Part shown: positions 50,833 to 61,958 of the stretch, piece after piece
Layout: each line of letters starts with the position of its first letter
How positions within the stretch are numbered: the first letter of the stretch is position 1
From: Monocercomonoides exilis PA203
Lineage: Eukaryota > Protista > Preaxostyla
Assembly: GCA_001643675.2 (NCBI GenBank)
Contig: LSRY02000034.1
Span: 1,031,895 to 1,095,894 of the forward strand
Direction of reading: 5' to 3'
Length of the DNA: 64,000 nt
Made by a program: the position numbers and the translations under genes
Notes under the pieces: model-generated
Databases searched by the model: none
Told to the model about the DNA's origin: nothing
What the model saw: only the letters and a program-made list of their open reading frames with translations

Positions 50833-53018
50833 TTATGATGAATTATCGACCTTCATCCATTCTGGAGGCTCTGTCTGAACTTCACTTACCCATATCATTG
50901 CCATTGTACTTCCATATTTATTACTAATAGTAATTCCATGTCTCATCCATTCAGGAGGTTCTGTCTTGACATATTGAATCCAGAACATGGCCATTGTTTC
51001 ACCATATTTATCAGCAAGTGTTATATCATGTCTCATCCATTCTGGTGGTTCTGTTTCGACATTTTCAATCCAGTACATAGCCATTGTTTTACCATATTCA
51101 TCAGCAAGAGTATTTCCGTGTTTCATCCACTCTGCTGGTTCTGTCTTCACGTTTGCAATCCATATCATGGCCATTGTTCTTCCTCTGCTATCAGCAAGAG
51201 TAATTCCATGTCTCATCCATTCTGGTGGTTCTGTATCAACATATTCAATCCAGTACATGGCCATTGTTTTTTTATCTTTATCAACAAGAGTAATATCGTG
51301 TCTCATCCATTCTGGTGGTTCTGTGTTGACATATGTAATCCAGTACATGGCCATTGTTCGTTCCCAAATACCTCCTTTTATTGTAATATCGTGTCTCATC
51401 CACTGAGGAGGTTCTATTTTGACATTTTCAATCCATAGCATGGCCATTGTTCCCCTTTCTCCTTCTCCAAGAGTAATATCGTGCCTCATCCACACTGGTG
51501 GTTCTGTTTTGACATTTTCAATCCAGAACATGGCCATCGTCCTTCCCCTGTTATCAGCAACTGTTTTGTCATGTCTCGTACATTCAGGCGGTTCCGTTTT
51601 TTTCTCCACAATCCACTTCATTGCATCCGTTCTACCATATTTGTCTCCATTCGTTTTATCATAATGCATCCATTTGGGTGGTTCTGTTTCGACATTTTCA
51701 ATCCAGTACATGGTCATTGATTTACCATCCTTATCAGCAAGTGAAACATTGTGTCTCATCCATTGTGGTGGTTCTGTCTTCACATATTCAATCCAATACA
51801 TGGCCATTGTCTTTTCTTTCTCATCAGTAAGTGTGATATCATGTCTCATCCACTCCGGAGGTTCTGTTCTCACATTTTCAATCCAGAGCATGGCCATTGT
51901 TCCCTTTTCTCCTTTTCCAAGTGTGATTCCATGTCTCATCCATTCCGGAGGTTCCGTCTTCACATATTCAATCCAGTACACAGCCATTGTTCTTCCTTCC
52001 TTATCAGCAAGAGTAATTCCGTGCCTCATCCATTCCGGAGGTTCCGTGCTGACTTTCCATATCCATAACATGGCCATTGTCTCACCATTCTTATCTGCAA
52101 GTGTAATTCCGTGTCTCATCCATTCTGGTGGTTCTGTCTCCACAGTTGCAATCCAATACATAGCCATTGTTCCGCATCTTCCTTTTCCAAGAGTAATATC
52201 ATGCCTCATCCATTCTGCAGGTTCTGTTTTCACAAATAGAATCCATAGCACGGCCATTGTCATTCCAAGAGAATCTTTAAGTGTAATATTGTGTCTCATC
52301 CATTCTGGTGGTTCTGTCTCAACATATCGAATCCAGTACATGGCCATTGTCCATCCGTAATTATCGGCAAGAGTGATATCGTGTCTCATCCATTCTGGTG
52401 GCTCTGTCTTCACGTTTGCAATCCAATACATGGCCATTGTTTTTTTATCTTTATCAACAAGAGTAATATCGTGTCTCATCCATTCTGGTGGTTCTGTGTT
52501 GACATATGTAATCCAGTACATGGCCATTGTTCGTTCCCAAATACCTCCTTTTATTGTAATATCGTGTCTCATCCACTGAGGAGGTTCTATTTTGACATTT
52601 TCAATCCATAGCATGGCCATTGTTCCCCTTTCTCCTTCTCCAAGAGTAATATCGTGCCTCATCCACACTGGTGGTTCTGTTTTGACATTTTCAATCCAGA
52701 ACATGGCCATTGTTCTTCCATATTTATCAGTAAGAGTGATATCGTGTCTCATCCATTCTGCAGGTTCTGTCTTCGCATATTTAATACATATCATGGCCAT
52801 TGTGTTTCCGTTGTTATTAGCAAGTGTAATGCCATGTCTCATCCATTGTGGTGGTTCTGTTTGAACAAATTGAATCCAATTCATGGCCATTGTCCATCCG
52901 TTATTATCGGCAAGTGTAATACCATGTCTCATCCATTTCGGTGGTTCTGTCTTCGCATATTTAATCCATATCATGGCCATTGTTCTTCCCTTGTTATCAA
53001 CAAGAGTACCATCGTGTC
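50833..53018 (-). CDS. Intronless protein made of ~24 tandem 30-aa ankyrin-like repeats (consensus GxTMAMxWIxxVKTEPPEWMRHDITLxDKx), 5'-truncated by telomeric repeats
   Basis: 90-nt periodicity. The repeat register continues upstream of the annotated ATG until atcgtgtct|aggttaggttag at ~53019. Confidence 0.8.
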
Positions 53019-53031
53019 TAGGTTAGGTTAG
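53019..53031 (+). repeat. Short interstitial telomeric seed TAGGTTAGGTTAG
   Basis: Sits exactly at the breakpoint of the repeat gene. Confidence 0.7.
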
Positions 53032-55175
53032 TATGACCGTGGTCAATTCAAAATTGTGAAAAATGGGAAGAACATGAAAAACTGACAAAAATCAGACTTT
53101 TTTGAAATATATGAATTTTTATGAAAAACATCATAAAAACGATTTTTTTGAACTTTTCAAGTGAAAATACGTTAACTATGAAACATTATGGGTCCATTTT
53201 TGACACTGGAAAGAGATTAAAATGGGGCTTAAATGCTTAATATCTCAGCGCTCAAAAGGATATTCGATTTCTATTTATATGAGTTGGATTGGCAGTTGAT
53301 GGTATATGTGTTTGCTGCCATATCTCACAAAAACACTTTTCCTTCAGAAAAATATTTAATAATGAGCTGTTATTTTTGACTGCGAATCCTTTGAACAGGT
53401 GTAATTGTCGCTTTGTTAAACAGAAAGAAGCAATTGAAATGAAATTCTTTTAGTGTTATTGAATGGAGAAGTCTTTCGCACATTGAATACTGAAATATGA
53501 AAGTTATTCTGAAAGTTGTTAACTTGGCACACAATTTTTATTGAATGCGAATGAAACAAGAAGAATTATTGGAAAAAAATAACTTTATCATTAATTATCT
53601 CTGTTAATAGGAATATTTGGAGGATAATATTATCAAAAAACAATAACAAATATGTGTCACTTCAAAAATATTTTTTTTGAAAAAATTGAAAAAATTTTAA
53701 AGTTGATGAGATTTTCACCGAATAACCAAGAAAATTTGATTGAATTTGAAAATAAAAAAATCTTTTCATGAATGAGATATGTTTTTGAAATTAAAAATCT
53801 GGAAAAAATAGAAAATATAAATTTGCTTCTTTGTGTCAAACGATTTTAAAAATTTCAAGGGAATTGAATGGAAAAGTGGAGTTTGACAAAAAATTGATCA
53901 AGAAAACATAATAAAATAACAATAATTATTTGCATTTTGCAATAATATTGATAGAAATGCATCAACAAACAAATGTAATTTATTTAAACAAGAAATGAAA
54001 AACATTTTGATAGTCATTTTCTAAATATATATCGTTGTTTATTTCCATTTTCAAAATTTTTATTTATTTCACACTGGAAAATCGAAATGAATAAAAAGAT
54101 AGACTGAGCAGTTCAAGATTAATAACTTATATTCCATTTTGTATCTGTCATTATTCATTTTCACAAAAATTCCTTTATATTGTTAAAAATTTTCACTTTC
54201 TTTCTTTGAAATCATAAAAAAATTGTTTAATTCTCAATCATTATAATAAAGAGTTTTATTGACAATCAAAAAATATAGAAATGAATATTGATTGAAGAAA
54301 ATAGACTTTCAGATGTTGATTTAATTGATAACAAAAAGGGATCTTTCATTATTAATAACAGTTATTTATATTCAATCAAAATTTAAATATTTTCAAAATA
54401 ACAATCACAACAAAACCTTTTTAATATCGAAACGCTTCTATCTTAACGCATTTATTAATTTGGATCATCTCTTCCGTCTTCAATATCTAGACGAAAGGAA
54501 TAAATTAACAAAACGATATGAATTGATAACAATAAAGAAATGAAAAAAGTCTGGTGTAAGAAAAACAGACATTGAAAGAAGTAATCTAAAAAAGAACACA
54601 CTTTTTACGTGATTTTCATTATTGAAGTCTATTCGTTTCAACATAACCCATCAAGTGAAGGGTTCTTGAAGAATGTTTAAACACTGAGAAATATCAAAAA
54701 AGTTGAACAAAATAAATCAAATGGATTGTGATAATGAAATACAAAATATAATTCTAACTATAAGTTTTGTTGGAACGACCAAAAAGTGTTCATTTTGAAA
54801 GAAATAGATATGAAAGAAAAAGCTGAAGATCACACCCATTTTCACTTTAATTAGAAATAATTATAAATAAAGAAATCAATTTTCAAAAAATTGTGAATAA
54901 AAGACCTAATTACGATAAGAAGGTTTGTGTTTTTATTGATTATCGATTAACTATTCATTATTTGTTTGCTTTCAACAACTAATATATCGAAACATAATCG
55001 TGTGGTTGCGTTTTTATCATGTTGATTTAGCGATGATTCGAAGAATGAGAAAAGTGAATAGCAGAAGGTTTTTCATTCTTATGCAATTAAGAATAAAGAT
55101 TATTTTCATATATCTTTTTTTTTCAAAGCACTCAATCGACTTTCGCAAGAAGTTTGATCATTATTTATTTCATGG

Positions 55176-56213
55176 TTGCCAATAAATATTTGTTTTATTT
55201 TATTCATTACAGCTCATCTCAGCAACAAAATTTCGAAGATCAAATCTTTTTCAAGAATTGAAGAGGAAAGAAAAGCCAACAGAGGAGAACTAAGTCCATC
55301 AAAACCAGGATTTTTCTCATTACCAGCTTTATCTCCTCTGGTTTCTATCAGTTCACCTCATTCTCCACAGCTGTCTTCAGTCTCTACTCCATCTTCTCCA
55401 TTCCTGGTGAGTCCTCCTCTTTCTCCTTTAAGAATAAGTTCAACTGAACAATTCAGAACTTTCGATGATATTTTATCAACTCCATCTTTGACTGAAAATG
55501 AGAGCAGAATGATTGATGATCAAGAAAGAACAGATTCAAGAATAAGAAATCTGAATGATAGCGATATTGAATCAATTTCTTCATGGCTGATGAATTTAGC
55601 AAATGATGAAACAATCCCCCAGATAAGTTTCAATTCCACGATACTTGAACAATATCCGCTTCAAGCTTCACTGGAATCAGTGAGACAATATGCGCATCGC
55701 AGTATTTACCCAAGACCTTTGTATTTTGTCAGAAAAGAAAACTTGGATGAATTGTGCAAGATCAGGAGGCAGAAAGACAATAACTGCGATAAAGATATTT
55801 CAAGTGAATCAGAGCATAAAAATTTTGATGAAAAACGTATTTCCAATCTTTGTAACGAACGCAACGATAGTGAAACTTTATTAACTAATGATGAAACATC
55901 AAATTCAAATGAAAAGAATAAAGATTTTGAATTATCAGAAAAAGATTTATCCCATATTGAAAATCAGGAACAGCATTTGTGTGAAGGAGGAGCTTATTAT
56001 TATCCAACACAGAATTATCCTTCTGCATGTGTAAGTGCATCCATTCAATATCCAGTTTGTACTTCCCAAACATCATCATTGGTTTCAGAAATGGATATTG
56101 AAAGAAGTGTTGATATGCAAGAATTTAATCGTGATTTATCAATAAATTCAAATTATCTGTCACACACCAAGCAATTTACCGAGCAATCTTTTTTGAATGA
56201 TAAACAAAATTAG
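55176..56213 (+). CDS. Ser/Pro-rich hypothetical protein whose stop codon (TAG) is supplied by the first telomeric repeat; probably 3'-truncated
   Basis: 345-codon ORF ending caa aat TAG gttagg...; true start and any upstream exons unclear. Confidence 0.5.
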   Translation: MPINICFILFITAHLSNKISKIKSFSRIEEERKANRGELSPSKPGFFSLPALSPLVSISSPHSPQLSSVSTPSSPFLVSPPLSPLRISSTEQFRTFDDILSTPSLTENESRMIDDQERTDSRIRNLNDSDIESISSWLMNLANDETIPQISFNSTILEQYPLQASLESVRQYAHRSIYPRPLYFVRKENLDELCKIRRQKDNNCDKDISSESEHKNFDEKRISNLCNERNDSETLLTNDETSNSNEKNKDFELSEKDLSHIENQEQHLCEGGAYYYPTQNYPSACVSASIQYPVCTSQTSSLVSEMDIERSVDMQEFNRDLSINSNYLSHTKQFTEQSFLNDKQN

Positions 56214-56272
56214 GTTAGGTTAGGTTAGGTTAGGTTAGGGTTAGGTTAGGTTAGGTTAGGTTAGGGTTAGGG
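56210..56272 (+). repeat. Interstitial telomeric tract: 9 x TTAGG plus 3 x TTAGGG
   Basis: Read directly from the sequence. Confidence 0.95.
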
Positions 56273-57617
56273 GACCAACTGTGCATGATGGAAGTGCTGA
56301 AGGTTAGCACATGTAAACCTATATACATTATGTGTGCTTTTAGTATTAAAATTTTGGATTTTCAAGTCACTAACCTCAAAAATTCAACTTTTGTAGGAGG
56401 TCCTAGGAAAAGTGTATTTTTCTGTGTTTTGATACTAAAGTCGTTAGAAAATTTTTGAAAAGGAAAGATGCCTATTAATTATTTGTAATCATTAAAGTAT
56501 TATTGAGAATTTTATGTGGGATTTGGATAGAACTAACCATGAATTTTTGCTTTTTTTAATCAAATCAATGAATGAGTGAAAATGTGTGTGTTTTCTGAGT
56601 CATTTGTGATGTTGCAACCAAACAATTTCGATTTTATCATTCATTTGTTATGATGGAATGTATGTGTGTTTGTTGGAGTGAACATTGAATCACCATTCCC
56701 TTTAAATATCATTCAATCTGACTTTGAAGTTTTAGTGAAAATGACTGATATTATTTGACGTGAGAAGTTAGTTGAAACCCAAGAAATGTTGAATGATGAT
56801 GTTCATGAAAGAAATTTATTGACTTTGAACGATAACACAACCCAACTTTCTTGAAGAAATGCAAATTTTGAATGAATTTGTGTGTTTTGTTTCATTGAGA
56901 ACCATTGAATTTCTATCAGTTTATTGAACATTTGTTATGTTGGCTGAAATCATAAAAATATTGAATTCACACTATTGGAGTCACCTTTTCGAATAACCAA
57001 CGAATATTCCTTGCATCTTTTTAAAGTTTTGAGAATAGTTATCATACTCATTGGAAAAGTCATTTGGGTGAAACCTAAGAATATAACTATTTTGAATATC
57101 ATTAGGATTAAAATTTTAATAATTGAGTGAATTTTGTCATCCGAACCTTTGAAAATTTCTGAATATAAATGTGAACAGAGATGTTTTCATTTTTGACAAA
57201 TTATTTAAATATTTGAATTGTTTTTTGAAGAAAAAGCAACCCAAGAAAATTTTGATTTTGTTAGAAAAAGAGAATTTTATTAATCTGGATTATTTATATT
57301 AATCTGAAAATTTATGAAAAATATCAATGTGTTATTGAAAAACATTCAATAAACCTCAATAAAATCGAATAATATCAAGAGTGAAAAATATCAAATATAT
57401 TGGTCAATCGATGAAAGATAAACATCAATTTCATCTGACCTTTGATATTTCTTTCAAAATAATAAAAGTTAAAAAATAAAAATGAAAAGAAATAAAAAGG
57501 TAATTAACTGGGTATAACTTGGCAAAGCCAAATAAAAATAAAATATTTCTGAAAACAATGACTATATAGAAAAAATCAAAAACCAATAAAAATTCAAATC
57601 AAAAGGTAATAAAAAGT

Positions 57618-60325
57618 TTATTTTTCATCATCATAATTTATTTCAATTTTTCTTTCTTTTGTATTTCTTTTTTTCATTTCTTTTTTCAAACTAATTTTTT
57701 CCTCAATTTCTACAGTTTCTTCATCATCAGAATCTTCAGAATCATCATCTTCATCAGAGTCATTATCATCTTTCAAAATCGTCTTTCTTCTCTTCATCTT
57801 TTTCTTTGTCATGTTATCATCCTTCCAATTTTCGATAACCCCCAAATTTCTTAGTCGATCTCTGCAATCACGAGGCAACCTCCCAGGCAACTCAGCAGCC
57901 ATCTCAACTAACCTTTTCTTTTCAAAGTTCATCTCAAGCAATTTTGTATCTTCTTCATCAGTCCAAGGTATTCTCTTTCTATGACCCTTATCATCAACCT
58001 CCCTGTGCAAAGAGTGCTCGTAGGGGCAAGGTTTCTTTCTGTTGTATTTCTTCATTTCTTTCGATCCATCCATCTCATCTTCAACAAACCTAAGTAATTC
58101 ATTTACAATATCCTCAACATTTTCACCCTTTTCATAGACTCTTTCATTGACATGGCGAATTCCAACATCAACACGAGCATTTGCTACTGTTGAATAGCGA
58201 GTATGTGGATTGTTATAGTTTTTATGTTTTGCATAAATCTCACTTGCTTCCTTTTCCAACTCCTCTTCACTCACAACATATCGAGTCAAAGCATTCTTCC
58301 AAGCTCTTTGTTTATATTTCCTTCTCTTCTCTTTCGTTTTTCCCTCTGAAGTTGAAGTCACTCTCTCTACGTTGATCCTATCTTTGAAGGCTTTGCGAAC
58401 CAACTGAATTGCCGTTCTCTCACAGATGTTATGCTCGATTTCATTGTTGAAGTTGATGTTGTGAAATGTCTCAGGGTTGACAAGAGACATGTCGATGACT
58501 TCATTCTCAATTTTCGTTTTGATGATGCGAGAGGAAACAATAGAGGCAGTGATGGCAGGTTTTGCATATCTGTTCTGAACCTTCGAATTTGGAACCCAGC
58601 CAGCAATGGCAGCAGTGTACATATATGCCGAATCCCTTGCATGAGCATCAACACCAGAAGCCAAAATCGCAGAACACATAAATCCACTTCTGAATGAATG
58701 GAAGGAGAAGAGATCGTGTGGGTACCCAGCAGCTTGAGCACGACGACGAAGACGTTGTGACATAGCATCCCGTGTTAAATTCCACAACTTTCGTTTTTCA
58801 TCTCATCAGATAAAACCCAAGAATTGCGCTCATGAAGATCCAAGTTGAACTCATTAATGAGATGTTGATTGATCCAGTACAACACATTCAGATTGTCCCT
58901 CTCATCCAAAGTGCCTTCCACTGATACTGTATGATTCCAATTCTGGTTGCCTTTTGTAACTCTGAATGTAATTTTGAGTATCTGAGTTTCACCAGACTCA
59001 GAGGTTATCAATGCTCCAATATCACCAATCAATACATTTGAAACAGTTACAGCCCTTGCACCAGTGTTGATTGCCACTAACCATAAAGATGCTTCCATTG
59101 CCTTCGTTGGTGACTGATCATTTGTTTTGTCGATAATCCTTTCCACATCAGATAAAATGCAAGGTTCCTTTCCTTTTCCGTCCTTCTTGGTATTCCTGTC
59201 GTTCTTTCCTTCTCTGAGAACCTGAGCGATTGACTGTTCAGCTTCATTGGATATGGGAATACCAGTTCTTATTATCTGTATTCTTTTGAGTGAGCAAGCG
59301 AAGACATTTTCAATTGAAGATCGAACATACAGACGAGATCGAAACAAGAACCGTAGAAAAGAAGAAGCATTTGTTTTATCGAGAGGATACATTGGAATAT
59401 TCCTCTTTTCGCAAAAAGTTGCATAAACTTGTTCCACATAGTCAGTCTTCCTCAAAGTGTTTTCTGCATATCCAGGTCCTGCCACATCGAATTGTTGGAG
59501 TTCCTCTTCAGTCATTGCCCTGATCAAATTCACAGCCCGGGATCGACTTGGGCTTGACTCAGATTGTTTTTCCTTGAGTGAGTTTTCGAATTCCAAGTCA
59601 CTCAGTGGGACAGTCAGTGTATCGGATTGAGATGATGACATTGAAGATATTGATTTGAGAAGAGGTGGGTGATTGTCCATTAGAAATGAATCCTCCTCTA
59701 ACCTTTCATTTTCAGATCTTTCTCTGTTCAGTTGAGTGAATGTTGGAATTTTGAAGGCAAGCTCAACAGATGAATCAGATGAATCAGTAAAATCAGAAGA
59801 ATCGGATGAGAGAGTTTCGAGAGAGAACCTTTGATTTTCAGATACCTTCTCATCTTCTTCTTCAATTTCAGACTCATCCACCACAACAACCTCTCTCAGT
59901 TTCTCCTCTTTCTTCTTTTTAAATAACCCAGAAATTCTTCCTTTCACTTCTCTCTTTCCTTTCTTTCTGTCCTTTTCATTCATTCCACCTCTCCCCTTCC
60001 TTTCTTTCTTCTTATCCTTATCCACAATTTCCATCTCCTTCCTCTCTTCCACTCCCTCAAAATTCTTTTCCTCTTCCTCAGAGATCCGTTTCCACAAGCT
60101 CTTCTTCGGAGGTGAGAACCAAAGATTTTCCACTTTTGTCGAAGATGAAGATGATGATGATGGCGATGATGGCGAAGATGAAGATTCACTTAAGACAGTC
60201 GAAGTCGAAGTAGAAGAAGCAGAAGCAGAAGAAGAAGAAGAAGAAGAAGAAGAAGAAGAAGAAGGACACCAAGAAGAAGAAACTGAAGCAGAAGGAGGGA
60301 GACCTGTTTCGGATAATTCCGGCAT
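57618..60325 (-). CDS. Tyrosine recombinase fused to a C-terminal Myb/SANT (telobox-like) domain; ~902 aa if the -1 frameshift near 58790 is resolved
   Basis: Catalytic set: R in NTGARAV (59054-59056), K in RVTKG (58952-58954), HxxR in FHSFRSG (58689-58700), W in IAGW (58596-58598), Y in QNRYA (58566-58568). DIRS-like core-binding region YAENTLRK...YATFCEKRNIPMYPL...FLRFL. Myb domain RKRIPWTDEED...PGR...DCRDRLRNL (57844-57980). Confidence 0.85.
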
Positions 60326-60685
60326 AGTCTTGTTCTCCTCTGAAAAAACACAGGAAAATCAACCCAAAAAAATCAAAAATTTAGCAGAGTTTTCCCAAGG
60401 AGGTAACAAATCAACAGAAAAAAGAACCGAAAAAAACAAAAATTTGAGCATAGTCATCCCAAGAAGAGAATAAAAATGAAAAAAAACAACCAAAAAATAT
60501 CAAAAATTCAGCATAGTCATTCCAAAGAGTGAAAAAATCAATAAAAAAACAGACAAAAAATGAGAAAAATCCGGCATAGTATTGTTTGAAAATAGAAAGA
60601 ATATGATTAATTTGAATGAAAATAAAAAATAAAAAATGACAAACCCTTTGGAAGAACCGATGAAAATTTTGGCATAGTCCTGTTA
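60313..60685. repeat. Six-copy subterminal direct repeat AATTyyrGCATAGTC, mostly at ~63-bp spacing
   Basis: GCA(T/G)AGT cores at 60322, 60384, 60448, 60511, 60574 and 60672. Confidence 0.8.
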
Positions 60686-60782
60686 AAAGTTTTAGGACTA
60701 TTCTTGTGTGGGACAAAAACAAATTCCGATTTCGAATTAAACATTCAAGAAGAGATGTTCACTTGACAAGTTTATAAAAAAC

Positions 60783-61917
60783 TAGGTTAGGGTTAAGGGT
60801 TAGGTTAGGTTAGGGTTAGGGTTAGGGTTAGGGTTAGGGTTAGGGTTAGGGTTAGGGTTAGGGTTAGGGTTAGGGTTAGGGTTAGGGTTAGGGTTAGGGT
60901 TAGGGTTAGGGTTAGGGTTAGGGTTAGGTTAGGTTAGGGTTAGGGTTAGGGTTAGGGTTAGGGTTAGGGTTAGGGTTAGGGTTAGGGTTAGGGTTAGGGT
61001 TAGGGTTAGGGTTAGGGTTAGGGTTAGGGTTAGGGTTAGGGTTAGGGTTAGGGTTAGGTTAGGTTAGGGTTAGGGTTAGGGTTAGGGTTAGGGTTAGGGT
61101 TAGGGTTAGGGTTAGGGTTAGGTTAGGGTTAGGTTAGGGTTAGGGTTAGGGTTAGGGTTAGGGTTAGGGTTAGGGTTCAAACTAGGTTAGGGGTTAGGGT
61201 TAGGGTTAGGTTAGGGTTAGGGTTAGGGTTAGGGTTAGGGTTAGGGTTAGGGTTAGGGTTAGGGTTAGGGTTAGGGTTAGGTTAGGGTTAGGGTTAGGGT
61301 TAGGGTTAGGGTTAGGGTTAGGGTTAGGGTTAGGGTTAGGGTTAGGGTTAGGGTTAGGGTTAGGGTTAGGGTTAGGGTTAGGGTTAGGGTTAGGGTTAGG
61401 GTTAGGGTTAGGGTTAGGGTTAGGGTTAGGGTTAGGGTTAGGGTTAGGGTTAGGGTTAGGGTTAGGGTTAGGGTTAGGGTTAGGGTTAGGGTTAGGGTTA
61501 GGTTAGGGTTAGGTTAGGGTTAGGGTTAGGGTTAGGGTTAGGGTTAGGGTTAGGGTTAGGGGTTAGGGTTAGGGTTAGGGTTAGGGTTAGGGTTAGGTTC
61601 AAACTAGGTTAGGGTTAGGGTTAGGGTTAGGGTTAGGGTTAGGGTTAGGGTTAGGGTTAGGGTTAGGTTAGGGTTAGGTTAGGGTTAGGGTTAGGGTTAG
61701 GGTTAGGGTTAGGGTTAGGGTTAGGGTTAGGGTTAGGTTAGGGTTAGGGTTAGGGTTAGGTTAGGTTAGGGTTAGGGTTAGGGTTAGGGTTAGGTTAGGG
61801 TTAGGGTTAGGGTTAGGGTTAGGGTTAGGGTTAGGGTTAGGGTTAGGGTTAGGGTTAGGGTTAGGTTAGGGTTAGGTTAGGGTTAGGGTTAGGTTAGGGT
61901 TAGGGTTAGGGTTAGGG

Positions 61918-61958
<41 letters not shown>

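Larger units (their letters stand above)
56271..60782 (-). mobile_element. Telomere-embedded tyrosine-recombinase DNA element (~4.5 kb) with no RT and no TIRs; ends ...TTAG|GGGACCAACTGTGCA and ...TTTATAAAAAAC|TAGGTTAG
   Basis: Telomeric repeats on both sides, a single YR-Myb gene, a subterminal repeat array, and end motifs that recur inside the telomere. Confidence 0.8.

Noticed and set aside
50833-53018. CRISPR-like regular array (conserved block plus variable block every 90 bp)
   Set aside because: The period is a multiple of 3 within an open frame with synonymous variation; it is a protein repeat in a eukaryote, with no cas genes
57618-60325. Protelomerase/telomere resolvase or DIRS retrotransposon interpretation of the YR
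   Set aside because: The chromosome end is a normal telomerase-type array with no hairpin palindrome; there is no RT, RNaseH or gag ORF and no DIRS-type terminal repeats in the element
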